Positions 1 through 9,804 are shown, numbered from the stretch's first letter. The stretch is DNA of 64,000 bases from Candidatus Eremiobacteria bacterium (GCA_963758295.1 CAVWUU010000001.1:128001-192000), one strand, 5' to 3'. Made by a program: numbers and translations. Notes: generated by a model not told the origin, from the letters alone.

Positions 1-1996
1 CGGTGATGTCGTTAGGGGCGATCGCAATGGCAACTGGGCCGTCGATGCCGCCTTGTGCAGGCGTATTTGCGAGGAACGGACGCAAGCCGGTCAACGAGCC
101 TTTGTATGCGCCCCGTAAGTACAGGGTGTGTTTCGCATACTGTCCGGAAGCCGCAATCGTTCCCCACGGCCCGCTCGCGTGAACCGGCGCGATGCCAAGA
201 TTCGAAAGCGTGCCGGCAAAGCGCGCGTCCAACGAATCGATGCGCACGCCGGCGATGCGCGCAGCATGCGCCTGCACTTGCCCCGCCGCAACGGCGCCGT
301 AGCCGCTCGGTCCGCCGCCCGTGAAGACGGCCTTGTCGATCGTCGCCTCGATCGGCGGCATCGCCGGCAACGCGACGTTCAAGAACGAAACGTGTTGCGG
401 CGTATGCACGCGGAAACCGTCGCTCGCAATCCAATAAGCGCTGGCATTTGTTCTGCGGTCCAAGTGATACGCGCCCGCCAGCGTGCCGCGTTCGGTTTGA
501 ATCCAGACCGGCGAAACCGTGATGATGCCTTGCGGCTCGAAATCGAACGCCGCCGAGAGCCGGTCCGGCCCGTTCATGGACGCGAGCGCACCGTGCGCAT
601 GAAAGGTGGTGTCATGCCCATCCAGGATCGCATCCGCAACGAGCGGTTCGGTGCCGAGGAGCTCGCCCGCGTATGGCAGCCGGTCGGCGGGCGCTTCCAT
701 ATGGAACGCGAGTTCCGAATGCAGCGGCGTTCCGGTCGTTAACATGCCTCGCAACGATACGTTGACGCCGCCCGTGTGAGCGCTGAGCGGCGAGAAGAAC
801 ACTTTTCCTTGGTCGTACGAAATCGCGGCATGCACGTCGTGCAACGGAATGTTTTGATAGGCGGCGTTCGTTGCGTCGGCGTTTGCCACGATCACCGGCG
901 AATCGAGCGGGCCTTCGATCAGCACGCCGAGCTTCACGCTGCCCCCAATCGGCTGCGTGTTCATGAAGGCGAACGCCGTCTTCAGCTTGCGCAAATCTCC
1001 GGACGCCGTAACGCCGAGCCTGTATTGCGGCGATGCAAAGTTGTAGATGGCGCCCGTGATATGCACCGGCATTCCCGCGAGGGTGCCGTTTACGTTGTTG
1101 ATGACAAAGGCGTCATCCACTAACTTCAGCCGGCCCGCGATGTCGCCGAGCGGCTTTGCCAAACCGATCACGGAGATTCCGCCGTGCGCGATATCGAGCG
1201 ACAAGCCCGTGTGATACGTCACCGGCCGGTACCGTTGCACGTCGAGGGCGTAGATATGCACGTCCAGATTCGAAGCCGAGCCGCCGAGAATTCGCGCGGC
1301 ATGGGAATTGATGAAGTAGTTCGCAATCGCGCGCATCGGAAGCGCCGCCGCGAAAATGTGGTGCATCGCGTAGCCGCGATCCATGTCGATGGTCCCGATA
1401 GCCGTAAACGGCTCGTCGGGGTGCTCCACGAACGCACCGGTCAACGTGTAGTGCGTGCGGGCATCGGTATTAATCACCGCATCGAGATCGACGTTGTGCA
1501 CGCCGATGCTACGGGCTCCGGGATCGATCGTGTACGGCGCCCGAACTTGCCCCGCTGCACCGCGAATGCGGACGGTCAACGAGATCGGCACATGGTTAAT
1601 GGGCTGTGGGCCGATCGGCGCCGGGCCGGCCCCCGACGGGAACGTTACGTTATAGCTTCCGTCTTTATGCCGCACGAGCGTGAGGGTCGGCCGGTCGATC
1701 GTAATAGCGCTCACGCCGTACCGGTGCTTGCTGCCGGGGAGCAGGTCGCGCAGCGAATAGGCGACGTCGATCCGCTCGGCGTCCAGTACGGGCTCGCCCT
1801 TCTTGCTGACGTGAACGTGGAGCAATGCGCCGTGGTGCGCCGTGAAGTGCTCGTCGCCGATGGTCACGTCGTAACCGGTGGCCAAACCGATAACACGGGG
1901 GAGCAAAGAAGACACGACCGCATGACGCGCAGCCACGAGGATCGCAGCGATCAAAACCAGCGCCGCCACGACGCCGACGACTACTCCCTTGCGCAA
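1..1996 (-). CDS. TamB/AsmA-like (lipid-bridge / translocation-assembly) protein, N-terminal part; runs off the window
   Basis: Not in the ORF track (no stop in window). TTG at 1996 preceded by GGAGGGAG. Translates LRKGVVVGVVAALVLIAAILVAARH (TM anchor), then beta-rich sequence (IDRPTLTLVRHKDGSYN; LIEGPLDSPVI). Frame is open to base 1. Confidence 0.7.
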   Translation of the reverse strand, partial: MRKGVVVGVVAALVLIAAILVAARHAVVSSLLPRVIGLATGYDVTIGDEHFTAHHGALLHVHVSKKGEPVLDAERIDVAYSLRDLLPGSKHRYGVSAITIDRPTLTLVRHKDGSYNVTFPSGAGPAPIGPQPINHVPISLTVRIRGAAGQVRAPYTIDPGARSIGVHNVDLDAVINTDARTHYTLTGAFVEHPDEPFTAIGTIDMDRGYAMHHIFAAALPMRAIANYFINSHAARILGGSASNLDVHIYALDVQRYRPVTYHTGLSLDIAHGGISVIGLAKPLGDIAGRLKLVDDAFVINNVNGTLAGMPVHITGAIYNFASPQYRLGVTASGDLRKLKTAFAFMNTQPIGGSVKLGVLIEGPLDSPVIVANADATNAAYQNIPLHDVHAAISYDQGKVFFSPLSAHTGGVNVSLRGMLTTGTPLHSELAFHMEAPADRLPYAGELLGTEPLVADAILDGHDTTFHAHGALASMNGPDRLSAAFDFEPQGIITVSPVWIQTERGTLAGAYHLDRRTNASAYWIASDGFRVHTPQHVSFLNVALPAMPPIEATIDKAVFTGGGPSGYGAVAAGQVQAHAARIAGVRIDSLDARFAGTLSNLGIAPVHASGPWGTIAASGQYAKHTLYLRGAYKGSLTGLRPFLANTPAQGGIDGPVAIAIAPNDIT

Positions 1997-2127
1997 ACTC
2001 CCTCCACGCTGGCGGATATACCCCTAACGAACCTAGTGGCCTTCTGGTGCCCCGCGGCGTTGGTGAGAGAAAGAGGTCGTCAGACGATTGCGCCTGGCAT
2101 GGCGAACTATGGCGTGAACGCCTCCGA

Positions 2128-2360
2128 TCATCCTGAGCGTGTCGAAGGACAAGCGCATTGCGCCGATCGCCCTCTCGTCGAATCATGAGCGATCGCGTTT
2201 TATGAGTAACCGGAGTGCATGCGCGCCTATGGTCCGACAAGCTCACCATGACGATATGGCGGTCCTATGGCTCGACGAGCTCCCGATGGCGCTGCGCGTG
2301 CGTCGCGGCGCGTCGAGCTGACCATGGTGCATGTTGGGCCGCCGTTCGACAAGGCGTCAC
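2128..2360. repeat. REP/REPIN-like palindromic repeat cluster
   Basis: TCATCCTGAGCGTGTCGAAGGAC at 2128-2150, with degenerate inverted copies (GGTCCGACAAGCTCACCATGAC 2231-2252; further copies near 2270, 2310, 2341; ~38 bp period). Confidence 0.7.
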
Positions 2361-2393
2361 AAAAGTAAAGAGCCGCGGAAAGCGGCTCTTTAC
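2361..2393 (-). terminator. Intrinsic terminator after gyrB
   Basis: GTAAAGAGCCGC-ggaaa-GCGGCTCTTTAC hairpin with a T-tract on the minus strand. Confidence 0.75.
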
Positions 2394-2409
2394 GGGTGGC
2401 AGACCGCAG

Positions 2410-4314
2410 TTACAGGTCCAGGTTTTTAACGGATTTGGCGTAGTCGAAAATATATTGTTTGCGGGGTTCGACTTTGTCGCCCATGAGGTCGGTGAAGATC
2501 TGTTCGGCTTCAACGGCGTCTTCGACGGTGATTTGCTTCAGACGGCGAGAGCCGATTTCCATCGTCGTTTCAGCGAGCTGCTCGGCGTCCATTTCGCCCA
2601 AGCCCTTGTACTGCTGAATCGCGAAGTCTTTCGGATCTGCATCGCCGAGCACGTTCTTGAGATCGGCCTCGCTGAACGCCCACCACTGTTTCTTGCCCTT
2701 CTTAATGCCGTAGAGCGGCGGCTGCGCAATGTAGACGTGGCCTTCTTCCACCAGCGGCTTCATCTGGCGATAGAAAAACGTTAGAAGCAGCGTCCGGATG
2801 TGCGAACCGTCGACGTCGGCGTCGGTCATGATGATGATCTTGTGATAGCGCAGTTTGGCGACGTCGAACTCGCTGCCGAAGCCGGTCCCGAACGCGGTGA
2901 TCATCGTCCGAATTTCTTCGTTGCCGAGCACTTTGTCCAGACGCGCTTTTTCGACGTTCAGAATTTTGCCGCGAAGCGGAAGAATCGCCTGGTTGTTCGG
3001 ATCGCGGCCACCCTTCGCCGTGCCGCCGGCGGAGTCGCCTTCCACCAAAAAGATCTCGCTCTCGGCCGGATTGTTGTTCTTGCAATCGACCAGTTTGCCG
3101 GGCAGGCCCGAACCCTCGAGCGCGTTCTTGCGGCGCGATAAATCGCGCGCTTTCTTTGCGGCTTCGCGGGCGCGTTGCGCCTGCATGCACTTCTCGATGA
3201 TGACGCGCGCGACTTTCGGATTCTCTTCGAAGAAGAAATCCAAACGTTCGTTCATCAAACCGTACACGATGCTGCGAACCTTGGCGTTGCCGAGCTTGGT
3301 CTTCGTCTGGCCTTCGAATTGCGGCTCTTGCAGTTTCACCGAAACGACGGCGGTGAGGCCTTCCAGGATGTCGTCGGTCGAGAGGGAGCCGTCCGATTCT
3401 TTCAGCATGCCCTTTTTCTTCGCGTACGAGTTCACGGCTTGCGTTACCGCCTGCCGGAATCCCTGAAGGTGCATGCCGCCTTCGATCGTGTTGATATTGT
3501 TCGCGTAGCTGAAGATTTGCTCGCTATACGCGTCGGTGTACTGCATCGCCACTTCGACGTCGACGTTGTCGCGTTCGGCGTGCGTGGATACGACCGGATG
3601 CAGCGAATCTTTCTTCTCGTTGAGCCATTCGACGAACGAAACGATGCCGCCGTCGAACTTGTACGTCCGCTCGCGCGGTTCTTCGGCGCGCTCGTCGCGC
3701 AGCGTGATCGAAAGGCCGCGATTCAAAAACGCGAGCTCACGCAAACGCTTTTGCAGAACGTCCCAGTGATATTCCGTCGTTTCGAAAACTTCCGGATCGG
3801 CTTTCCATTGCTGGAACGTGCCGGTCGAACCGTCGGTGGCCTTGCCGATCTTCTTCAGCTTCTGCGTCGTGATGCCGCGCTCGAATCGCATCTCGTAGAG
3901 GTTGCCGTCGCGCTTGATGCGCGTGACCATCCACTCGGAGAGCGCGTTAACGACGGAGATGCCGACGCCGTGAAGGCCGCCGGAAACTTTATAACCGCCT
4001 TTGCCGAACTTGCCGCCGGCGTGCAGGATCGTCATGACGACTTCTACGGCAGGCAACTTCTCTTCGGCATGTACGTCGACGGGAATGCCGCGGCCGTCGT
4101 CTTCGACCGAAGCTGAACCGTCTTTATACATCGTGACCGCGACGTTTTTCGCGTGTCCCGCGAGCGCTTCGTCGACGGCGTTATCGACAGCTTCGTACAC
4201 CAGCTGATGCAGCCCGCGCTCCGAAGTGTTGCCGATGTACATGCCGGGGCGCTTGCGTACCGCTTCGAGCCCCTTCAGTACTTCGATTTGTTCGCCAGTG
4301 TAATTACTCGACAT
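2410..4314 (-). CDS. gyrB: DNA gyrase subunit B
   Basis: LEAVRKRPGMYIG, DDGRGIP, SGGLHGVG, EGDSAGG, PLRGKILN, IMTDADVDG, YKGLGEM. Start set at ATG 4314 (MSSNY). Confidence 0.97.
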   Translation of the reverse strand: MSSNYTGEQIEVLKGLEAVRKRPGMYIGNTSERGLHQLVYEAVDNAVDEALAGHAKNVAVTMYKDGSASVEDDGRGIPVDVHAEEKLPAVEVVMTILHAGGKFGKGGYKVSGGLHGVGISVVNALSEWMVTRIKRDGNLYEMRFERGITTQKLKKIGKATDGSTGTFQQWKADPEVFETTEYHWDVLQKRLRELAFLNRGLSITLRDERAEEPRERTYKFDGGIVSFVEWLNEKKDSLHPVVSTHAERDNVDVEVAMQYTDAYSEQIFSYANNINTIEGGMHLQGFRQAVTQAVNSYAKKKGMLKESDGSLSTDDILEGLTAVVSVKLQEPQFEGQTKTKLGNAKVRSIVYGLMNERLDFFFEENPKVARVIIEKCMQAQRAREAAKKARDLSRRKNALEGSGLPGKLVDCKNNNPAESEIFLVEGDSAGGTAKGGRDPNNQAILPLRGKILNVEKARLDKVLGNEEIRTMITAFGTGFGSEFDVAKLRYHKIIIMTDADVDGSHIRTLLLTFFYRQMKPLVEEGHVYIAQPPLYGIKKGKKQWWAFSEADLKNVLGDADPKDFAIQQYKGLGEMDAEQLAETTMEIGSRRLKQITVEDAVEAEQIFTDLMGDKVEPRKQYIFDYAKSVKNLDL

Positions 4315-5170
4315 TCGTTTTGCTCGTAGGTTCCGTTCCGTAAATGAGATCGTGCAGCTCGTCACCGAGCACGTTGCGCACCGTTGCCGGTCCGATCCGT
4401 TCGGGCGCCAAGCCGCTCTTCAAAATGACGAACGAACTTGCCACCAATCGCTCGCGCCGGTCTTGCGAAAGCTTTCCGGAAAAGCGCGCTCGAGACAACG
4501 TTTGCCACCATCGTGCCAAGACGCGACGGCGGATCGCCTCGTACTCTGCCGGACTCAAATCCGCAACTAACCCCGCGATGCCCGCATACCCAAGCCACGG
4601 CGCTTCAAAGAGCAGCCGCGACACCAGACACAGCCGTTCTTCGTCTCGTGCGTTGGCGCACGGAACGCAGAAGGGGCCGGAACTGGGGGCGATGAGGGCC
4701 GTGCAGCCCGCGCATTCATTCCACCCGGCGGCCCGCTTTGCCCGCTGAGCGCCCGTGACGTCGGCGCGAAAGCGTTCGACCGCCGAATCTAAATCCTCGG
4801 ACGGCGGGCGCGATGACGGCGCGCTGCTGTTCGGTATAACCCGTCCGCGCCCCGATCGGATGCTCGGTTGCGCCGGCAGCTTTCCAATGCGGAAGCGCAG
4901 CCGTTCGATGCCGCAGGCGGGCAGGCGCGCGCGAATACCGGCGACGATCGGTTCCGTGAGGAAACTGAGTTGCTGGCTCCACGCGCTGGATCGTGTCGTA
5001 ACGACCAACGCATCGCCTTGAATCTGGCTCGGATGCGAATTCTTTGCGACGTCGGGTCCGACGATGTCGGTCCAGCCGGCCGCAATCAGCACGATAGGCT
5101 CGGTCGCCTGCGACGACTGCTGCCCCTCACCGGGCGCCCAGCTGCCAAGCGCTTGGCGCAGTTTTAGCAC
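4304..5170 (-). CDS. DUF721/DciA-family helicase-loader-like protein with a C-terminal CxxC-CxxC extension
   Basis: WTDIVGPDVAKNSHP...SSAWSQQL is DUF721-like; recF-gyrB position; CAGC...CVPC. Confidence 0.8.
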   Translation of the reverse strand: MLKLRQALGSWAPGEGQQSSQATEPIVLIAAGWTDIVGPDVAKNSHPSQIQGDALVVTTRSSAWSQQLSFLTEPIVAGIRARLPACGIERLRFRIGKLPAQPSIRSGRGRVIPNSSAPSSRPPSEDLDSAVERFRADVTGAQRAKRAAGWNECAGCTALIAPSSGPFCVPCANARDEERLCLVSRLLFEAPWLGYAGIAGLVADLSPAEYEAIRRRVLARWWQTLSRARFSGKLSQDRRERLVASSFVILKSGLAPERIGPATVRNVLGDELHDLIYGTEPTSKTNVE

Positions 5171-6267
5171 CGTGCGACCTCGGCTTGTTGAATGCGATAG
5201 ATCGCGGCTGCTTCGGGCAAGCTGCCCGGTAGATGGGTGGCCGTGACAAAGGCCTGCTCGTAGCCGCCAACGCCTGCCAGGAATGCTGCGGCTCGCGCTT
5301 CATCCAATTCCGATAGAACGTCGTCAAGCAGGAGTAGCGGAGCTTCATTGGCTCGATCGCGCATAACGGAGTATTCGGCAACCTTTAGGGCCAGCACCGC
5401 CGTCCGCTGCTGTCCTTGCGATCCATATGCGGCAAGCGAGCTGCCGTTCAACGCGAGGGCAAGGTCGTCGCGATGCGGTCCCGCCAGAGCCATCTTGCGC
5501 TGCCGCTCTTGATCCCGTACCTCAAGCAGCCGCGTTTCTAATGCGCCGGCTACCGCGTCGCCCGTCGGCGCATCGAACGTCACGTTCGGAGCGTATCGCA
5601 CCTCGAGTCGCTCCGCTTCGCGCGTCCATTGCGCGTGTGTCTTCTCTGCTTCACGCGCAAGCTCGGTGATGAAATGATTGCGCGTTAGTATTACGTACGT
5701 GCCGGCTTCTACCAGCGTGTGATTGTAGATTTCAAATAATTCCGGATCGAACGTTACGAGCCCACGTAACATGGCTGATTTTTGCTGCAACGCTTTTTGA
5801 TAACGCGCAAGCTCGTGGTAGTACTGGCGATCTTCCTGGGCGAGCGCGACGTTCAATAAGCCGCGACGCAATGACGGCGATCCGCCGACGAGTTGTAAAT
5901 CGGCCGGAACGAATGTCACGACGCGAATGCTTCCAAGAAAGCGCGCGTAGCGGACGCCCTGTCCGTTGATCGTGTACTGCTTGCGCGTACTGCGCGGCGT
6001 TTTAGAAACGGCGCAACCGAGATGCACGATGCCGGCGCGCACGCGCGCATCTCCACGCACGACCCCAAGCTCCAATCCCTCGCGCACAAGATCGCCGTCT
6101 TTGCTCGTGCGAAATGATTTGCCCGTGCCGAGCATTGCGATAGCCTCGAGCAAGTTACTCTTCCCCTGCGCGTTGGCACCGACGAACACGTTCAAGCCGC
6201 TCACCGGCTCGAGATCGAGTTCGGCGTAGTTCCGGAAGTTCGACAGCGCTACGTGTTCGAGTTGCAT
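5164..6267 (-). CDS. recF: DNA replication/repair protein RecF
   Basis: NFRNY, GANAQGKSNLLEAI, GPHRDDL, SQGQQRT, LLLDDVLSELD. Confidence 0.97.
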   Translation of the reverse strand: MQLEHVALSNFRNYAELDLEPVSGLNVFVGANAQGKSNLLEAIAMLGTGKSFRTSKDGDLVREGLELGVVRGDARVRAGIVHLGCAVSKTPRSTRKQYTINGQGVRYARFLGSIRVVTFVPADLQLVGGSPSLRRGLLNVALAQEDRQYYHELARYQKALQQKSAMLRGLVTFDPELFEIYNHTLVEAGTYVILTRNHFITELAREAEKTHAQWTREAERLEVRYAPNVTFDAPTGDAVAGALETRLLEVRDQERQRKMALAGPHRDDLALALNGSSLAAYGSQGQQRTAVLALKVAEYSVMRDRANEAPLLLLDDVLSELDEARAAAFLAGVGGYEQAFVTATHLPGSLPEAAAIYRIQQAEVARC

Positions 6268-6322
6268 CTAATCGCGAGCAACGGCAGCGGCGCGAAGCAC
6301 GCGCAGTCCGCTCAGGAGCTGC

Positions 6323-6444
6323 GTCATCCCGGGCCCGTCGAGGGACGTGCGCATACCGTCTTTGCCAAACGAAAAAGCCACACTGGTATGTGGCTCGTTC
6401 GCTATATCCGGTATGCGCCCGTCCTTCGACAAGCTCAGGATGAC
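6323..6444. repeat. REPIN-like inverted REP doublet
   Basis: 35-bp arms at 6323-6357 and 6410-6444 (ending GTCCTTCGACAAGCTCAGGATGAC) are reverse complements with 6 mismatches; same family as 2128-2150. Confidence 0.75.
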
Positions 6445-6461
6445 CAAGGCAAATCAGCCGT

Positions 6462-7577
6462 CTACTGACGCAGCGGCATCAGAACGTAGAGTTGCTGGCC
6501 GCCTTCGGGCGGTTCGACGGGGCGGATTGCCGCAGGCGAAAGGGGGCCCAGAAATTCGATGACGGTCTGCGCGCTCTTGATATGGTTCAAGATCTCGACG
6601 AGGTAGCGCGCGTTGAAGGCGATCGAAAGATCGTCGCCGGTCTGCTCGACTTCTAGCTCTTCATAGGCGTTGCCCGAGACGTCCGAGCTGGCCGTGACAA
6701 TGAGGGTCTGGTTCGACACCGAGAGCTTCACCATGCTGGCACGGTCGCCGGCAACCAGTTCTGCACGCCGGAGGCCGCCGATGAGCGCCTGCGTATTCAC
6801 GGTTACCGACCGGTCGAACTTGGCCGGAATGACCTGTTGGTAATTCGGATACTGCCCGTCGACCAGACGAACCGTGATCGAAACACCGCCCGCGGTCATT
6901 TGCAGCTGGTTACTTTGCGCTCCAAGGGCGCTCACGGCTATCTGATCGCTACCGCCCAGGTTGCGGGCCGCCTCGGCCAGCGCTCGCGATGGAACGATAT
7001 ACTTCTCGGCGGCGCTGATGCCGTCGTCCAGCGTCGTTTGATACTTCGCCAGGCGGTAGCCGTCGGTCGCGACCATCGTCATCGAATTGCCTTCGATTTC
7101 GAGCAGCGTACCCATTAGGACCGCGCCACGTGCTTCTTCGCTCGACGCCGCGAAGATCGTCGCGTCGATGCCTTCACGAAAGCGTTTCGCCCCGATTGTG
7201 AAGTGCGAGCCTTTTGTGGCCGCGGGCAGCGGCGGATACTCGTCGGCCGGCAGCGCGTGAAAATCATAGTTGCTGCGTTCGCACTTGACGCTGGCGCGCG
7301 TCGGCGTGCCGGTAAGCTCCATCAAGCCCGACGGCAGATTGCCGAGATAGCTCGAAAACAGCTTGGCGGGCACCGTTACGGAGCCGCCCTCGCCGATCTC
7401 CGCTGGGAAGGCATGCTCGAGCGTGAGCTCTAGGTCGGTGGCACGCACGGCGATCTTCCCGTCTTCGGCTGCGAGCAGCACGTTGGACAGGATTGGGACG
7501 GTCGTGTGAGCGTTGACGACCTTGCTGGCGGCTCCGACCGCCGCGGCGATGTCTTTGGTATTACAGGTGAACTTCAT
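6462..7577 (-). CDS. dnaN: DNA polymerase III beta clamp
   Basis: PILSNVLL, ATDLEL, VATDGYRLA, YPNYQQVIP, IAFNARYL, VLMPLR. Start at ATG 7577. Confidence 0.97.
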   Translation of the reverse strand: MKFTCNTKDIAAAVGAASKVVNAHTTVPILSNVLLAAEDGKIAVRATDLELTLEHAFPAEIGEGGSVTVPAKLFSSYLGNLPSGLMELTGTPTRASVKCERSNYDFHALPADEYPPLPAATKGSHFTIGAKRFREGIDATIFAASSEEARGAVLMGTLLEIEGNSMTMVATDGYRLAKYQTTLDDGISAAEKYIVPSRALAEAARNLGGSDQIAVSALGAQSNQLQMTAGGVSITVRLVDGQYPNYQQVIPAKFDRSVTVNTQALIGGLRRAELVAGDRASMVKLSVSNQTLIVTASSDVSGNAYEELEVEQTGDDLSIAFNARYLVEILNHIKSAQTVIEFLGPLSPAAIRPVEPPEGGQQLYVLMPLRQ

Positions 7578-7872
7578 ACTCCACCGATTCTGGCGCGCGT
7601 CTTTCCGTAGTAAGAATTTATAAATACCGTCGTAACAGTAGTAGGGCGGTGTATTCCGCGGATAAGTGCCTTTTCGCTTGTTTCCATGCGGGTTTCCGCC
7701 AAGAATAAGGTGTGCATGGACGCCGGCGCCCAATACACATCTCCACACGGCGGAGTCCCGGAGCAGTTATCCACGCATAAAGGCTCGCCCTTGTATGTAA
7801 CCATGTGAACTTTGGGCAGAGCCGTTTTTTCTAAAAGAAAAAGTCCGCACGTTGCTGCGGACTTCTTTTTAT
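7578..7872. other. oriC unwinding region (dnaA-dnaN intergenic): DnaA boxes, DnaA-trios, AT-rich stretch
   Basis: Minus strand reads TTATCCGCG-GAATACACC-GCC-CTACTACTGTTACGACGG-TATTTATAAATT (about 7665-7615). TTATCCACG lies near 7767. Confidence 0.85.
7834..7870. terminator. Hairpin terminator after dnaA
   Basis: AAAAGTCCGCA-cgttgc-TGCGGACTTCTTTT with A/T tracts on both sides. Confidence 0.6.
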
Positions 7873-9270
7873 TTACGGGTTTTGGCACATTGCGATGAGT
7901 TGCCGGATCTTGTTCCTATACGCTTCGTCTCGCTGCATTTGATCTTTGATCTTGTCGCGCGCGTACATGACCGTCGTGTGATCTTTCTTGCCGAAGTCAC
8001 GCGCGATCTGCGGAAGCGAGTAGTTCGTAAGTTCGGTTGCGATGAACATCGCAATCTGGCGAGGCCCGGCGAGCCGCTGATCGCGGCGTCCGTTGTCCAT
8101 TTCTTTGACCGTAAGCCCGTGCGCGCTTGCGACGGTCTCCTTGATCTTTGGAATGGTTACACGTTGTAACGGCGCTTGTGCAACCGCGCTCTTGAGGACT
8201 TCGGCCGCTAAGTCCAGCGTGATGGGCGACTTCGTCAAAGACGCATACGCCACGACGCGGATCAATGCGCCTTCCAGCTCGCGGATGTTCGACGGAATGA
8301 CCTTGGCGATGAACGACGTGACTTCGTCGGGCACCGGAATCTTTTCGCTCTCGGCCTTCTTGCGCAGAATCGCTTCACGCGTTTCGATGTCGGGCGACTG
8401 AATGTCGGTCAACAGGCCCCATTCGAACCGCGAACGCAGCCGAGACTCAAGGGTCTGAATCTCTTTGGGAGGACGGTCCGACGAAATGATCAGCTGCCGT
8501 CCCGACTCGTGCAAGGCGTTGAAGGTATGAAAGAACTCTTCTTGCGTCGTTTCTTTGCCGGCCAGGAACTGAATGTCGTCGATCAACAGCACGTCAACCT
8601 GGCGGTAGCGATTGCGAAACTCGGGCGTCCGGTTATTTTGAAGCGCGATGATGAATTCGTTGGTGAATTTCTCGCACGTAACATAGACGACGTTCGCGCT
8701 CGGGTTGTCTTGCCAAACGCGATGGCCGATCGCGTGCATTAGGTGAGTCTTGCCGAGACCAACGCCGCCATAAAGGAACAGCGGGTTGTAGGCGCGCGCC
8801 GGCGCCGACGCAACCGCCTGGGCGGCGGCGTGCGCGAACCGGTTGGAGTTGCCGATGACGAACTCCTCAAAGGTATAGCGGGCGTTGAGGTTCGCCGTGC
8901 GCAGCTCTTCGGGCTGGCGCGAGATCGTGGCCGCCGGCGCGGGCGCCGGGGCACTACCCTCGGTGTCGGCAACCGTGAACCGCAGGTCCAGCGTGGCGCC
9001 GAAGACCTCCGCGAGGACGTCGGCTATCTGGCCTTTGAGGCGATTCTCGACCCAGTCCCGGGCGAAGTTGCTCTGAACCGACAGCAGCAGCTCGTCCCCG
9101 TGCAGCGACACCAGGCGGATCGGTTTGATCCACATCTCAAAGATCGGCTTGGAGAACTTGCGCTCCAAAGCCTCGAGAGCCGAATCCCATAACTCATCCG
9201 AGATGTGGGAATTGCCGACTGCAAGCGCCATCCTCTGCGTCCCCGTGACGTCATAAGTAGTTTCGGACAT
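7873..9270 (-). CDS. dnaA: Chromosomal replication initiator DnaA
   Basis: YNPLFLYGGVGLGKTHL, LLIDDIQF, RLRSRFEWGL, NIRELEGAL, DHTTVMYA. An alternative start is at 9231. Confidence 0.98.
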   Translation of the reverse strand: MSETTYDVTGTQRMALAVGNSHISDELWDSALEALERKFSKPIFEMWIKPIRLVSLHGDELLLSVQSNFARDWVENRLKGQIADVLAEVFGATLDLRFTVADTEGSAPAPAPAATISRQPEELRTANLNARYTFEEFVIGNSNRFAHAAAQAVASAPARAYNPLFLYGGVGLGKTHLMHAIGHRVWQDNPSANVVYVTCEKFTNEFIIALQNNRTPEFRNRYRQVDVLLIDDIQFLAGKETTQEEFFHTFNALHESGRQLIISSDRPPKEIQTLESRLRSRFEWGLLTDIQSPDIETREAILRKKAESEKIPVPDEVTSFIAKVIPSNIRELEGALIRVVAYASLTKSPITLDLAAEVLKSAVAQAPLQRVTIPKIKETVASAHGLTVKEMDNGRRDQRLAGPRQIAMFIATELTNYSLPQIARDFGKKDHTTVMYARDKIKDQMQRDEAYRNKIRQLIAMCQNP

Positions 9271-9368
9271 ACCGTAAATGCGAGTCGTCGTTTCGCACCC
9301 GTGATGCCCGTGAGGACGCTATCGGTTGGCTTAATCAGGTGCCTCTCCTGCGGAATCCATGCACGATC

Positions 9369-9546
9369 TTATCCACTTATCCACAGGCGCCTTCGAACGG
9401 TTTTTCGGGCTTTTTCACCGCAACAGGAGCATCTTTTCACCGCCCCCTCGATAGGCCGATTCGCCCCGTAAATACAGGCGTTTTCGATGAATAACGCAAG
9501 CAAGCAGAAGCACTTTCTCCACAGCCCTATCCACAAGTGTGGAAAT
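9369..9546. promoter_or_regulatory. DnaA-box cluster upstream of dnaA (second part of a bipartite oriC / dnaA autoregulation)
   Basis: TTATCCACT 9369, TTATCCACA 9377 (perfect), TTCTCCACA 9515, CTATCCACA 9527, TGTGGAAAT 9538. Confidence 0.85.
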
Positions 9547-9669
9547 CCCGAAGGTTGAGGGGATTTGTGGCCCAGTCGCCTTGACGGCGGGACCGCCCGC
9601 CATCTATACTATGGGGCTGTGTGCCGCCGCCTCTTCGGCGGCTATTTTTACCTAGGAGTTCGAGTAACG

Positions 9670-9804
9670 ATGAAGCGGACATTTCAGCCGCATAACCGGC
9701 GCCGCAAACGCGTCCACGGTTTCATGGAACGGATGAGCACCAAGAACGGACGTAAGGTGTTGGCCCGTCGCCGCAAAAAAGGGCGTCATCGCCTTACCGT
9801 CTGA
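9670..9804 (+). CDS. rpmH: 50S ribosomal protein L34
   Basis: [52 protein letters not shown]. Confidence 0.98.
   Translation: MKRTFQPHNRRRKRVHGFMERMSTKNGRKVLARRRKKGRHRLTV

Noticed and set aside
1184..2188. 334-aa plus-strand ORF (and 128..742, 776..1123)
   Set aside because: Antisense shadows of the TamB/AsmA-like gene; no motifs.
2227..2360. CRISPR array suggested by the ~38-bp periodicity
   Set aside because: Units are degenerate REP-like palindromes without a constant repeat plus unique spacer pattern; no cas genes are present.
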